64,000 bases of DNA from an uncultured delta proteobacterium (GTDB lineage: Bacteria > Desulfobacterota > Desulfobacteria > Desulfobacterales > QNYZ01), in assembly GCA_963845145.1 (NCBI GenBank), contig CAWJQU010000005.1, positions 640,001 through 704,000 on the forward strand, given 5' to 3'. Of the stretch, positions 21,013 to 31,492 are shown piece after piece. The position numbers were made by a program, and so were the translations under genes. Within the stretch, counting starts at the first letter, position 1; each line of letters opens with the position of its first letter. The notes below the pieces were generated by a model. It was not told the DNA's origin. It saw nothing but the letters and a program-made list of their open reading frames with translations, and ran no database searches.

Positions 21013-22572
21013 TTACTGTTCTGCAAGTTTTCCGGCAATCCTATCCCAGGAAAAATTTTTCACGGATAAACGCCTCAGCCGCCGAGAAATCAGCTTCCGA
21101 TGAGTATGATCAAAATAGCCGTCAGGATAAAGAAAGTTGAGCGCGGAGTGGATTTTCCCGGGAAGCTGTGTGACAAATTCGGCACGATCCAAACGCATCA
21201 AATCAGCAATTTCAGGTAAATTCGCCCCCACTATATCGATAACATCCCGCAACCCTGTATGATCGTTGCAAAGCGGCAGCACACCTGCTGCCATTGCCTC
21301 CACAGCAACCATGCCGAAAGCCTCAGGCCGCTTACTCGGGACAATAGCAAGGCTCACCAGGGGCAACAGGGCACCCAGGGTGTCATGGTCAAGAACCCCG
21401 GTTACCGTTATTCGACCACTTTCCAGAGATGTAAGTAGACGGAACCAGTCGTCCAATTGCTGGTCCTCAATAAAATCACCGGACCGTGCGCAGGCTTTAA
21501 ACGTCTCGTAGTCTCCTTCAGACAGACCCCGAATCATCCCTTCTAAGTGTTCCCGGTAAGCGCCAAAACCGACAAAAATAAAGCGCGCCTGGGGCAATTT
21601 GGACAATACGGTTGGTACGGTAAGCAGCAATTCACCAGCACCCTTGGCAGGTAAGAATTTTCCGAAATACAGTATGATGGGCTCATGGGGTTCAATCTGG
21701 GGCCATCTTGCCGGCAGGTCCGCATCAATGGCCCGTTGGTCGTATCGCTCTCCTGCTCGAAGAAGCAGGGCATGACAAGCGTGAATATCCCCTTTATTTG
21801 GCAAGTTGGTTTGAAATGACTGGCGTCCGTTTCCATTTTTCTGGATCATATGGTCTACTTTTTTAAGGAAACGATCCACGTCTGGGGTAAATGCTTCCGA
21901 AAGCTTGAAAATCTTCGGATCCATTCCCGGGGAAACAATATGCAGTTTGCCATCTAAAGCCATTTGACTTCGATATGATGAAAATACCTTCAAAACCCGC
22001 TGCTTCACGTATGGCGTTCCGACATAAATACGCCGAGCCTCCTGAAGACCTTCAATGGCGTACGGCATCCATTCAGGATGAGGAACAAGCGTGTACTCCA
22101 AGGCACTGCCATGAATTTTGACATCATAAGGGGTATCCATACCGGCCAGCGCACGTCTGGCAATCACCGGGCCAAATAGTGCATGATTGGCCAGTACATG
22201 TGCAGCGCCTTGGGCTGCAACTTGACGCAGAGCCATAGCAGTCATCTCTATGTGGGTCTTACACTCGTCATCGGTCAATTCCGGTATCGTTTTCACCTGG
22301 TAGCCTTCATAATGGTCGAAGACATATACTGGGAGCAACCCCTTGATATCGGGGACAACGACCCGAGTTCGGCCGGGCTCCGGCGGTTGAAGGGGAATCT
22401 TCTCTCCAGGGCCAATATATTGATCAACAAAAGCGATCGTTTTGGATTCAGGGTCCTGGCAGACAACTGTCACCGCATGGCCCTGGTTTTTCCAGGCTTT
22501 GGCGATATTGGCCACATAAATATTGGATCCGGTTCCCTGAAGCAGGTAGCCGTGCAACAGAATCAAGTGCAT
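21013..22572 (-). CDS. GT4-family glycosyltransferase
   Basis: HGYLLQGTGSNIYV, YFGKFLPAKG, PEAFGMVAVEAMAAG. Confidence 0.88.
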   Translation of the reverse strand: MHLILLHGYLLQGTGSNIYVANIAKAWKNQGHAVTVVCQDPESKTIAFVDQYIGPGEKIPLQPPEPGRTRVVVPDIKGLLPVYVFDHYEGYQVKTIPELTDDECKTHIEMTAMALRQVAAQGAAHVLANHALFGPVIARRALAGMDTPYDVKIHGSALEYTLVPHPEWMPYAIEGLQEARRIYVGTPYVKQRVLKVFSSYRSQMALDGKLHIVSPGMDPKIFKLSEAFTPDVDRFLKKVDHMIQKNGNGRQSFQTNLPNKGDIHACHALLLRAGERYDQRAIDADLPARWPQIEPHEPIILYFGKFLPAKGAGELLLTVPTVLSKLPQARFIFVGFGAYREHLEGMIRGLSEGDYETFKACARSGDFIEDQQLDDWFRLLTSLESGRITVTGVLDHDTLGALLPLVSLAIVPSKRPEAFGMVAVEAMAAGVLPLCNDHTGLRDVIDIVGANLPEIADLMRLDRAEFVTQLPGKIHSALNFLYPDGYFDHTHRKLISRRLRRLSVKNFSWDRIAGKLAEQ

Positions 22573-22586
22573 GCTTGAACTCTCCT

Positions 22587-23015
22587 CTATTTTATAACCA
22601 GCCAGGTCCCCAACAAAATCAATCCAATGCCAAAAATGCGGTTGAGATCCAGCGGCCGAAGATCTGCACCCAAAACGCCAAAATGATCTATCACAGCGCC
22701 GGTAATAAATTGTGCCGCGACGACGATTGTCAGTGCCATCACCAATCCCATCCGCGCCGTTCCGTATCCAATGCTACCAACAATCACCAAACCCAAAACG
22801 CCGGTGGACAGCGCATACCAGGGCACGCCTTGCACGCCTGCCAGGTTACCCCCCCGCCCAAGAAGCATAATCAGGCCGATCAGCAACCCCCCACCACCAT
22901 AGGTAATAAACACACTTTCCAGTGTGCCGATCTGCTTATCCATTAACCCCATGAATTGGGCCTGGAGGGTTACCGCTATGCCGCCGATGGCAGCGATTAG
23001 GATCAGAGGGATCAT
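22587..23015 (-). CDS. DMT superfamily (YdcZ-like) membrane transporter
   Basis: GIAVTLQ, PWYALSTGVLG, AQFITGAVIDHFG; likely start MIPLILIA. Confidence 0.85.
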   Translation of the reverse strand: MIPLILIAAIGGIAVTLQAQFMGLMDKQIGTLESVFITYGGGGLLIGLIMLLGRGGNLAGVQGVPWYALSTGVLGLVIVGSIGYGTARMGLVMALTIVVAAQFITGAVIDHFGVLGADLRPLDLNRIFGIGLILLGTWLVIK

Positions 23016-23276
23016 TGTATTCAATTTAGTTTTCCTTTCCGATTTTATCACTACCGATAAAAGGTAATTGAAAGATTTTGGGTGACCATTTGACAAGGGA
23101 TGTGGCGTCTCTTGTGCTTGGCCGAACCACCCCTTTTTTTGCTTTAACCGTTTGAAAATGAGGGGCCTGTCATCTTTTACCACAAAAAACATTATTTTAT
23201 GATCGGAATTTGCTCATTTCAATATAGATTATGCGGTGCACGGATCAATTCAGCCCAAAACATTGAGGAGACCCAA

Positions 23277-23559
23277 ATGAATGTAACTGATGCGCTGAAA
23301 CGAATTGACGCGGGTTGGGCTAAAAAGCCAAACTGATTTTGTTCCTGGTGAAGAATAGATGTTTTTGGATTCCGACGTGGTCGCATGGAGCTTGGCCTGG
23401 AAGCTTTCCATGGCAGGAAGGCCCGGTAATTCCGAAAAAAAGGAGATTGGTGTCGTCAATATCTATGTTGTGGATGACTCCGGCAAACCAAATTATATAG
23501 AACACAACGAATCGGACGGAGGTTTTCAATCAAATGGTCTCCGTATAGAAATACCTTGA
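23277..23559 (+). pseudogene. Disrupted hypothetical gene
   Basis: GAGGAG RBS then MNVTDALKRIDAGWAKKP, frameshift, TDFVPGEE*MFLDSDVVAWSLAWKL with an in-frame TAG. Confidence 0.5.
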
Positions 23560-23773
23560 ATAACACTAACAAACGCGCAGTCACATCAAAGTGCTTCGCC
23601 CGTATCAATAAGATCCACACCGCCTGCACGAGCCCTTTGGCAAGCAATATCGTTTTCCCGGCGGCCACATGAACGACAATCCATTCTCGCCGACTTAGCC
23701 ACCGAAACCGAGTAATAGTACAAAACTTCTGATTCCAAGCCGTTCAAAAAGTCACCTTCCAGCCCAATCCAAC

Positions 23774-24232
23774 TTAAGCGACAGGTTTGGCTGTCTTGCG
23801 CCCCTCCACGCTTATTTCCATTACGACGCGACCCCAGCCTCCACACTCCAACCCCACATCAAAGCACGTAGCTCGTTTGAATCTCATTTCATTAGGATCA
23901 ACCCCTGCATGCCATAGTTCGTTTGCCGCGAATATCTGAGGTGTTATCGCATTCAAAGCATAAACACATATCCTTTTAGGGCACAGTTTAGTTAAAAGGT
24001 TCCCCGCTCCATCAAAATACAACTTGTCGCCAACTCCGTGTTGACTATTACAACCATGTGAATCAACTACCTCCACGATGATTGTCTTTTTAAGTAATTC
24101 TGGAGCCTTTGATAGGATATCCTCATTTCTTGGGTTTTCTTTGAATTTTTTTATTTCTTTATCGGTATAACCTAATCGCTTTTTCATGAACTTCCATTTG
24201 ACCGTGTTCCACGCTATATCCCGCATACCCAT
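23774..24232 (-). CDS. Hypothetical Cys-rich protein (TIGR04076-like pattern)
   Basis: GGAGG RBS; EVVDSHGCNSQH..GDK, ICVYAL, CFDVGLECGGWGRVVMEI. Confidence 0.7.
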   Translation of the reverse strand: MGMRDIAWNTVKWKFMKKRLGYTDKEIKKFKENPRNEDILSKAPELLKKTIIVEVVDSHGCNSQHGVGDKLYFDGAGNLLTKLCPKRICVYALNAITPQIFAANELWHAGVDPNEMRFKRATCFDVGLECGGWGRVVMEISVEGRKTAKPVA

Positions 24233-24323
24233 TTACTTTTCCTCCATTTTGGGAAAACCGAACGGTTCAATCAGTCGGTCATGAATATCACGATAGATGG
24301 CTTTTTACGGGTCCATCACGATA

Positions 24324-24509
24324 TCATTGCCACCAAAAAAGACGGTTCCAGAAACGTGACCGCCCCATTTTTTGGGGTTTGTGGGATTCCTCGCGAGTCT
24401 CGATCTCAATAAACGCATTACGAAGACCGGGGCACTCGAGAAAGAGATTGAGCCGTCTTTCGCTATCGGCGGTTCGGTAAACTTCAACGATGGGGGATTG
24501 ACTTCTCAT
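24324..24509 (-). CDS. Small hypothetical protein
   Basis: AAAGGAGG RBS; MRSQSPIVEVYRTADSERRLNLFLECPGLR. Confidence 0.6.
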   Translation of the reverse strand: MRSQSPIVEVYRTADSERRLNLFLECPGLRNAFIEIETREESHKPQKMGRSRFWNRLFWWQ

Positions 24510-25515
24510 GGTGACGACCTCCTTTTTCAATGATTGCCAGTGGCATCTGCGTATCAACCATCTCACTATCGACCATCTCCGAATCGACCATTTGGCTATC
24601 AGAGGGGTTTGTCTCAGGGTGCCTGGCTTGATCGTGTTCCTTGAGATACGCCAGCGTCATGCGCACCACCTTCTCATCCAATAAAATCCGTTTGTGCCCC
24701 AACCCTGTCGTGGTGTGAAACCGAATAGAGGTGTTGTTTTCGGCAGCCATTCTCGAGTCACCATAGGGAATCACCTCATCGCCTGGATCATGAATGACAA
24801 GCATGGGGCCGGTGAGAGTGGGAAGCAGCCGAACGGGATTGTCACGATCCAGATTATACCCGTATATGCGCTCATATTTGGCAATGATATTCCGGCATAG
24901 TTTTTCCGGAATACCGTAACCATCGAATGTATTGTAAAGCACCTCTTTTAGCTTCAACGCGGGGGCAATCAGCACTGCGGGCATCGGCAACCGCTCTTTC
25001 GACAACGCGTTGACGGTTGCCGCGCCACCAAAGGAGTGCCCGATGACCCCGATAAAGTTTAACCCGCACTCCAGTTTAATAAAGGCCCGCACAACATCGG
25101 TGAACTCAAAATAACTGGTGGTGGTGCCATCGGACTCCCCGTGGCCCGGAGCATCGAAGGCGATCACCGTGTAACCTGCTTCAACCAACGGCTCAATGAA
25201 CCGAAAAAGAGAAATCCCTCTGCCGTTCCAGCCATGGGCCAGCAAGACAGCGGGGCCTTGACCCCAGCGCCAATATCGAATGGCTTTATCGTTTAACCGC
25301 CATTCATACTCTTTTCCTTGTGACAGGATCTTTCTCTGTCGACCGGTCAATGGGGGACGTACCGGCGAGAAAAAGACCTTCTTAACCCGTTGTTCGGTAA
25401 AGCCGGGAGCACATCGCCACATGGCGTTTATAATGATGCGTGTTACATGCAGCCCGGCACTTCTTATACGAACGTTCGTACTATTAAATGGTCGGTTTTT
25501 TAATTTCTTCGTCAT
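24484..25515 (-). CDS. Alpha/beta fold hydrolase
   Basis: HGWNG, FDAPGHG, GHSFGG, GLGHKRIL; C-terminal MVDSE repeats. Confidence 0.92.
   Translation of the reverse strand: MTKKLKNRPFNSTNVRIRSAGLHVTRIIINAMWRCAPGFTEQRVKKVFFSPVRPPLTGRQRKILSQGKEYEWRLNDKAIRYWRWGQGPAVLLAHGWNGRGISLFRFIEPLVEAGYTVIAFDAPGHGESDGTTTSYFEFTDVVRAFIKLECGLNFIGVIGHSFGGAATVNALSKERLPMPAVLIAPALKLKEVLYNTFDGYGIPEKLCRNIIAKYERIYGYNLDRDNPVRLLPTLTGPMLVIHDPGDEVIPYGDSRMAAENNTSIRFHTTTGLGHKRILLDEKVVRMTLAYLKEHDQARHPETNPSDSQMVDSEMVDSEMVDTQMPLAIIEKGGRHHEKSIPHR
25466..25485. promoter_or_regulatory. Candidate TetR operator inside the hydrolase coding sequence
   Basis: atacgaacgttcgtactatt is the exact reverse complement of 26144-26163. Confidence 0.7.
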
Positions 25516-25531
25516 CGTTCATCCTGTCTGA

Positions 25532-26134
25532 TTATCCGTTATCTGAAGAAGGTACCCGATAGGTGTTTAAAAGGTCGGCAAGCGCTTTTTCATGACGCTT
25601 AACGGTATTATTATCCCGCAGCAGCTGATGATAATAGTGAAATCCCAGGAGCATTGAATACAAGTCAAAGGCGAATTGATCGCAGTCGGCATCTTTTTTA
25701 AAATCGCCGCTTTGGATGGCAGCGTGAGCGAAACGACGCAGGCAGTCAATCCATTCCTCTTGTTGGGCCAGAATATAATCGTGCACATTACCCGGGCGAT
25801 CGGCGAATTCGGCACTGGCGGAAACAAAAATGCATCCGCCCGGCATCCTGGCGCTCCAATTTCTCCAGTTGGCTACCAGGGCTTTAATACGGGGGATTCC
25901 GGCGGGTTCCATCAATGCCGGAACAACCACGCTTTCGGCAAAAATATCCCCGGCATGTTTCAGAATGGCGAGCTGCAGATTTTCTTTGGACTGAAAATGC
26001 GCAAACAGTCCGCTTTTGGAGATCTGGTTCGCTTTCGCCAGGTTTCCAATGGTGACGCTCTCCAGGCTCAATTGGGTCGCCATTTTGAGCCCGGCGTCTA
26101 AAATCGCCCGTCTGGTGTCTTCGCCTTTTGTCAT
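25532..26134 (-). CDS. TetR/AcrR-family regulator
   Basis: MTKGEDTRRAIL, SKSGLFAHFQSKE. Confidence 0.92.
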   Translation of the reverse strand: MTKGEDTRRAILDAGLKMATQLSLESVTIGNLAKANQISKSGLFAHFQSKENLQLAILKHAGDIFAESVVVPALMEPAGIPRIKALVANWRNWSARMPGGCIFVSASAEFADRPGNVHDYILAQQEEWIDCLRRFAHAAIQSGDFKKDADCDQFAFDLYSMLLGFHYYHQLLRDNNTVKRHEKALADLLNTYRVPSSDNG

Positions 26135-26141
26135 AATTTTT

Positions 26142-26170
26142 AAAATAGTACGAACGTTCGTATTTGTCAA
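26142..26170 (-). promoter_or_regulatory. tetR promoter with palindromic operator in the spacer
   Basis: TTGACA-aatacgaacgttcgtac(17)-TATTTT, 7 nt before the ATG. Confidence 0.75.
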
Positions 26171-26316
26171 GGCTTTTTCAATATTGTTGTCGAACCCCGA
26201 AAATAATCGGGGCAATATATCATTTATTTTTTTAATAATAGCGGCGCCCCCTTGGCATAAAATGAATGTTAGGGTAATGGTTTAGTATCTCAGCGTCGAG
26301 TCGATCTAATTCATAT

Positions 26317-27918
26317 ATGGAGCATCTTCAAAAATTGACTTTCACACCAGACACCCCCGTTCTGCCCCAACGCGTACCGGTTTTTGCCAGAAACATGGTT
26401 GCCACTTCCCAACCTCTGGCCGCACAAGCCGGATTGGAAATGTTGCGAAATGGCGGGAATGCTGTGGATGCCGCCCTGTCGGCGGCCATTACCCTCACAG
26501 TTGTAGAACCCACCGGCTGTGGATTGGGAAGTGATGCATTCGCCATCATCTGGGACGGACACAGGCTCCATGGCCTTAACGGCTCCGGGAAATCGCCAGC
26601 CGGATGGTCACCGGCGCATTTCGCGGAATATAAAACCATGCCGGAATTGGGCTGGGATACCGTCACCGTTCCCGGGGCCGTACATGCCTGGGCAACCTTG
26701 TCGCAACGCTTCGGAAAACTTCCTTTTGAACGGCTGTTCAAACCGGCGCTTCATTATGCTGAGAATGGATTTATCGTAACCCCGAACATCGCCGCGCTTT
26801 GGGCGGAAGCCCCGGATCGTTATAAAGCCTACCCTGAATTTGCCCAACTGTTTTTACCGGCTGGAACCGCGCCCGGAGCCGGCGAACTTTTTATCCCGCC
26901 ATACCAGGCATCAACGCTTAATAAAATTGCCCAGACCGGTGGCGATACTTTTTATAAGGGAGACCTCGCGGAAAAAATCGCCGCCCATGCCGCCGCTACC
27001 GGCGGAAAACTGACCCAGGCCGACCTTGAGAGCCATCGCTCCGAGTGGGTAGCGCCCATATCCCAGGCGTATCACGGCATCGAACTGCATGAGATTCCCC
27101 CCAATGGCCAAGGTCTGATAGCCTTGATTGCATTGGGGTTGCTGCGCCACCACAATATTCAGGACACCGCGCCGGATTCCGCCGACAGCATTCACTTGCA
27201 GGTCGAGGCCATGAAAATCGCCTTTGCCGAAGCGCACCGTCATGTCGCCGATCCGGCAGCCATGAATATTGATCCCCACCTGCTGCTTAAAGATTCTTTT
27301 CTAAAAAAACGCGCTAAAGAGATCAACCTGAAGAAGGCCATGCATCCGGTGGCCACAATACCGCCGGAAAAGGGAACGGTTTATCTGGCCGCCGCCGATG
27401 AAAACGGCATGATGGTATCGTTTATTCAGTCCAACTATTTTGGTTTTGGGTCGGGTATCGTCATTCCGGGGACAGGTATCAGTCTTCAAAATCGCGGCTA
27501 TGGTTTCTCACTTGAAGCGGGGCATCCCAATCGGGCCGATGGTGGCAAGAAGCCCTGCCACACCATTATTCCGGCGTTTGTTACCCGAAACGGTCAGCCG
27601 GTATTGAGTTTTGGCGTAATGGGCGCCCATATGCAACCCCAGGGACACGTTCAAATGATTACCCGCATCTTCGATTATGGATTCAACCCCAAGCAAGCCT
27701 CCGATGCCCCCCGGTGGTGCGTGACCGAAGACTTTGAGTTGGCCCTGGAGCAGGGAATCGACGATCATGTTGTCATGGACCTGTCCCAACGGGGACACAA
27801 AATAGTGCCAAATCCGCCGGGTAAAATTTTTGGCGGGGCCCAGTTGATTGAAAAAATAGGTGATGGCTACTGCGCGGCCTCCGACCATCGCAAGGATGGC
27901 CAGGCCGTGGGGTTTTAA
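26317..27918 (+). CDS. ggt: Gamma-glutamyltransferase family protein
   Basis: VATSQPLA, GGNAVDAA, GTVYL (catalytic Thr), FGVMGAHMQPQGH, SDHRKDG. Confidence 0.93.
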   Translation: MEHLQKLTFTPDTPVLPQRVPVFARNMVATSQPLAAQAGLEMLRNGGNAVDAALSAAITLTVVEPTGCGLGSDAFAIIWDGHRLHGLNGSGKSPAGWSPAHFAEYKTMPELGWDTVTVPGAVHAWATLSQRFGKLPFERLFKPALHYAENGFIVTPNIAALWAEAPDRYKAYPEFAQLFLPAGTAPGAGELFIPPYQASTLNKIAQTGGDTFYKGDLAEKIAAHAAATGGKLTQADLESHRSEWVAPISQAYHGIELHEIPPNGQGLIALIALGLLRHHNIQDTAPDSADSIHLQVEAMKIAFAEAHRHVADPAAMNIDPHLLLKDSFLKKRAKEINLKKAMHPVATIPPEKGTVYLAAADENGMMVSFIQSNYFGFGSGIVIPGTGISLQNRGYGFSLEAGHPNRADGGKKPCHTIIPAFVTRNGQPVLSFGVMGAHMQPQGHVQMITRIFDYGFNPKQASDAPRWCVTEDFELALEQGIDDHVVMDLSQRGHKIVPNPPGKIFGGAQLIEKIGDGYCAASDHRKDGQAVGF

Positions 27919-28248
27919 AAATAAATGACATGCCGAAATAAAAAACCAACCGGACCTGATAGCTGAATACCGTCACTTCAACCATTCGTTATCAGACAAC
28001 CAAAACCCAATGCAGACCAAGGTTGAAGACACCGCCATTTTTCACCCTAACTCGCCAATATTAAAACATTTTTCATTTAGCCACCGGCTTGACTATCCCA
28101 TCGCCTTCCGGTATTTAAATGATCACACGTTGTCACCGAGGGCGATTGCGTTATACCTTATAAAAAAGAGAAGGAGGTGATAGCCGTACCGCGAAAACGC
28201 TGGAAAAGAGCCCATCACTCGTCATTTAATAATTAAGGAGGTTGTCCC

Positions 28249-29229
28249 ATGAAACAAAAAAAATGGTTTGTCTATACACTCGTATTGGTTCTGACACTGG
28301 CCTTTGTACTACCCCTTAACTCAGTCCAGGCTGCCAAAAGGCGTTATGTGTCCATTGCCGCCGGTTGGGTAACCGGGGCCTATTTCCCCATGGCAGGGGC
28401 CATATCCCGCATCGCCTGGAAGCACTTAAAAGAGCAGGGTATCAAAGTGACCGCAGAATCCTCCGGAGCGTCGGTGGCCAATGCCAAACTCATCGGACAG
28501 GGGGATACCGATTTTGCTATTTTGCAAAATGACATCGCTTCTTATGCCCACAACGGCAAAAAAGGCATGTTCGATGAAGCGGTTAGTAATCTTTTGGGCG
28601 TCTGCACCCTTTTTCCCGAACACGTCCAGGTGGTATCGCGCAGGGATAGCAATATTAAATCGATAGCTGATTTGAAAGGCAAGAAAGTGGCCATCGGCCC
28701 AGTGGGCTCCGGAACAGCCGAAAATGCCAAACAGATTCTGGAAGCCTGGGGACTCACGGTAGAAGATTTAGCCAAGGCCGAGCAGCTCACCGCCTCCCAG
28801 TCGGCGGACTATATCAAGGACGGTCGTCTGGACGCCGCCTTTTTCACCGTCGCAGTGGGTGCAGCAGTCATTATGGATACCTCGCTCATCGTGGATACGG
28901 CCATTGTACCCATCGAGGGGCCCAAGGCAGACGAACTGATTGCCAAGTATCCTTTCTACGCCAAACAGGTCGTTACGGGGGGGCTTTACAAGGGCAACGA
29001 TAAGGACGTCAATACCGTTTCGGTAATGGCCATGCTGTCAGCCCGGGCCGACTTAGAGGAAGACATTGTCTACGCCATCGTCAATGCCATGTACTCAGAT
29101 CTAGAGCAGTTGCGCAAAGCCCATGACAAGTTCAAGAATATTAAGATGGAAGATGGCCTGGTGGGGATGGGGATTCCGCTACACCCCGGGGCCGAGAAAT
29201 TTTTCAAGGAAAAAGGAATTCTTAAATAG
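28249..29229 (+). CDS. TAXI-family TRAP substrate-binding protein
   Basis: TGAYFPMAG, SGASVAN, QNDIA, IPLHPGAEKFF. Confidence 0.93.
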   Translation: MKQKKWFVYTLVLVLTLAFVLPLNSVQAAKRRYVSIAAGWVTGAYFPMAGAISRIAWKHLKEQGIKVTAESSGASVANAKLIGQGDTDFAILQNDIASYAHNGKKGMFDEAVSNLLGVCTLFPEHVQVVSRRDSNIKSIADLKGKKVAIGPVGSGTAENAKQILEAWGLTVEDLAKAEQLTASQSADYIKDGRLDAAFFTVAVGAAVIMDTSLIVDTAIVPIEGPKADELIAKYPFYAKQVVTGGLYKGNDKDVNTVSVMAMLSARADLEEDIVYAIVNAMYSDLEQLRKAHDKFKNIKMEDGLVGMGIPLHPGAEKFFKEKGILK

Positions 29230-29252
29230 CACCTGCGTTTAAAATCAAACAC

Positions 29253-29309
29253 CAATGATGGGTATAGGGCCGGAACTGCGCCATTGGCTGTTCCGGCTCT
29301 ACCATTGAT
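29253..29309 (+). other. Intercistronic stem-loop after the TAXI gene
   Basis: gtatagggccggaac...gttccggctctac hairpin between binding protein and permease genes. Confidence 0.55.
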
Positions 29310-29331
29310 AAATGAGGGTGGAGGCAACCAA

Positions 29332-31461
29332 GTGCCAGATTATCAATCGGGTGATCAATCGGATGATCAATTAGGTGATCCATTAGCGGATGCGGACAAA
29401 GGCAAAAAAATCGCCAGGGAGTCGGAAACCGGCGGACGACTATTATCCGGCAGGGCGGTGACGGTGGTATCCGTCATCGCCATTGCCATGTCCCTGTTTC
29501 AGATGTACACCGGTTTTTTCGGGGAGTTGCCCGGTTCCAAGCAGCTCTCCATCCATCTCACTTTTGCCATCATTTTATGTTTCATCTATTTTCCGATCAC
29601 CCGCAAGGCCCGCCGGGATCGGTTGCCACATTATGATCTCATCCTGGCTGTTATCGGCGGTGCATCAGCCCTTTATCTTTTTATCAATTACGACCATATC
29701 GTCACTTCGGTAGGGGCGGCTGAAAATTACGACCTGATCATCGGCGGGATCTTGATTGTCCTGGTTCTGGAGGCAACCCGGCGCAGTATTTCTCCCATCT
29801 TGCCGATCATCACGATTTTATTTTTGCTTTATGCTTATTTTGGCCCTTATCTGCCCGGTGAGTTGGGACATCGCGGGTTCCGGGTAAAGCGTATTGTTGA
29901 TCATATCTTTATGACCGGCCAGGGACTGTGGGGCGTTCCGCTTCGGGTGTCGGCCACCTTTGTTTTTCTGTTCGTTCTTTTCGGGGCCTTTCTGGAAAGA
30001 ATCGGCGCCGGAAAGTATCTCATTGATCTCTCTTTTGCCTTAATGGGCCGGTTTCGGGGCGGCCCGGCCAAGGCTGCGGTAGTGGCTTCCTGCGCCATGG
30101 GTTCCATTTCGGGATCATCCATCGCCAACACCGTCACCACCGGCGCCATGACGATTCCATTGATGAAGAAGGTCGGTTTCAAATCCTCTACCGCTGGTGC
30201 AGTAGAGGTGGCCGCCTCCACCAATGGCCAGTTAATGCCGCCCATCATGGGAGCGGCGGCCTTTATCATGGCCGAAATTATCGGTGTCCCCTATATCTCA
30301 ATCGTCAAAGCCGCTTTTATTCCGGCCGTGCTCTCCTATGCGGCAATTTTTTCGATTGTCCATCTGGAGGCCGTCAAGGAAAATATTCGGGGACTGACCA
30401 AAGAGGAAATGCCTCCCATGCTGAAGACCATCCTTTCCGGGATGCACTACCTGATACCGCTGGCGTTATTGATCTATCTGCTGCTGGTCATCATGTGGAC
30501 GCCTACCACGGCGGGGGCCTGGTCCATCGTGGCCTGTGCGCTGGTGGCCCTGGGGAATAATCTTTACCGGGAGCGGATAAAATTCCCCAATGCCCCGAAT
30601 GACGAGACCGTCCATCTGGATGCGGCCTACGACGACTATATGGCGCGTCCCTCCGGTTTTTTCATGCGTCGGACATCCAGTGAGCTTCTGGGTGCATTGG
30701 AAAACGGTGCCCGCAATATGGCCGGTATCGCCGCGGCCTGCGCCTGCTGCGGCATCATTATCGGTGTGGTGACCTTAACCGGCCTGGGGTTGAAAATGGC
30801 CATTCTGATTACCGAGGCCGCCGGTGGCAGCCTGTTGCTGACGCTGATATTTTCCGTTTTTGCCTGCATTATTTTGGGTATGGGGTTACCCACCACGGCC
30901 ACCTACATCATCATGGCGTCCATGACCGCACCAGCCATCATGACCATCAGTGCCGATCTCAATTTGGGGCTGCCCATCGTGGCCGTGCATCTGTTTGTGT
31001 TCTATTACGGGATCGTGGCCGATGATACCCCACCGGTGGGTCTTTGCGCCTATGCGGCGGCCGGTATTTCGGGGGCAGACCCCGTTAAAACCGGCTTCAA
31101 AAGCTTTCAGCTTGATTTGGCGGCCTTCACCTTGCCTTTTATGTTTATCTATAACACCAAGCTGTTGATGATCGGCACCACCTGGCAGGAGCTCTTATAC
31201 ATTGTGCCGATCTGTATTATCGGTATGTTCTGCTGGTCGGTCTTCATCCAGGGATATTGGAAAACCCGCACCTACCTCTGGGAACGCTTTGTGTTCCTGG
31301 GGTTGGCCTTTTTATTGGTCAATCCCGGCCATATCACCATTCGCGGTATCCACTTGAATCAGCATTTGGTGAATCTGACGGCCATTGTCATTTTGGTTAT
31401 CATCTATTTCTGGCAAAAATCGAGATCGCAATCAGCTAAGACCGCTACAACCGCCGCCTGA
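29332..31461 (+). CDS. TRAP transporter fused 4TM/12TM permease
   Basis: GGPAKAAV, ISGSSIAN, GQLMPPIMGA, LGMGLPTTA, DTPPVG. Confidence 0.93.
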   Translation: MPDYQSGDQSDDQLGDPLADADKGKKIARESETGGRLLSGRAVTVVSVIAIAMSLFQMYTGFFGELPGSKQLSIHLTFAIILCFIYFPITRKARRDRLPHYDLILAVIGGASALYLFINYDHIVTSVGAAENYDLIIGGILIVLVLEATRRSISPILPIITILFLLYAYFGPYLPGELGHRGFRVKRIVDHIFMTGQGLWGVPLRVSATFVFLFVLFGAFLERIGAGKYLIDLSFALMGRFRGGPAKAAVVASCAMGSISGSSIANTVTTGAMTIPLMKKVGFKSSTAGAVEVAASTNGQLMPPIMGAAAFIMAEIIGVPYISIVKAAFIPAVLSYAAIFSIVHLEAVKENIRGLTKEEMPPMLKTILSGMHYLIPLALLIYLLLVIMWTPTTAGAWSIVACALVALGNNLYRERIKFPNAPNDETVHLDAAYDDYMARPSGFFMRRTSSELLGALENGARNMAGIAAACACCGIIIGVVTLTGLGLKMAILITEAAGGSLLLTLIFSVFACIILGMGLPTTATYIIMASMTAPAIMTISADLNLGLPIVAVHLFVFYYGIVADDTPPVGLCAYAAAGISGADPVKTGFKSFQLDLAAFTLPFMFIYNTKLLMIGTTWQELLYIVPICIIGMFCWSVFIQGYWKTRTYLWERFVFLGLAFLLVNPGHITIRGIHLNQHLVNLTAIVILVIIYFWQKSRSQSAKTATTAA

Positions 31462-31492
31462 CATGCTACTAACTGAATTTGGAACCGGTGCC

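Noticed and set aside
23350..23362. In-frame TAG as pyrrolysine readthrough
   Set aside because: The same gene also has a frameshift and no pyl genes are in the window; pseudogene is simpler
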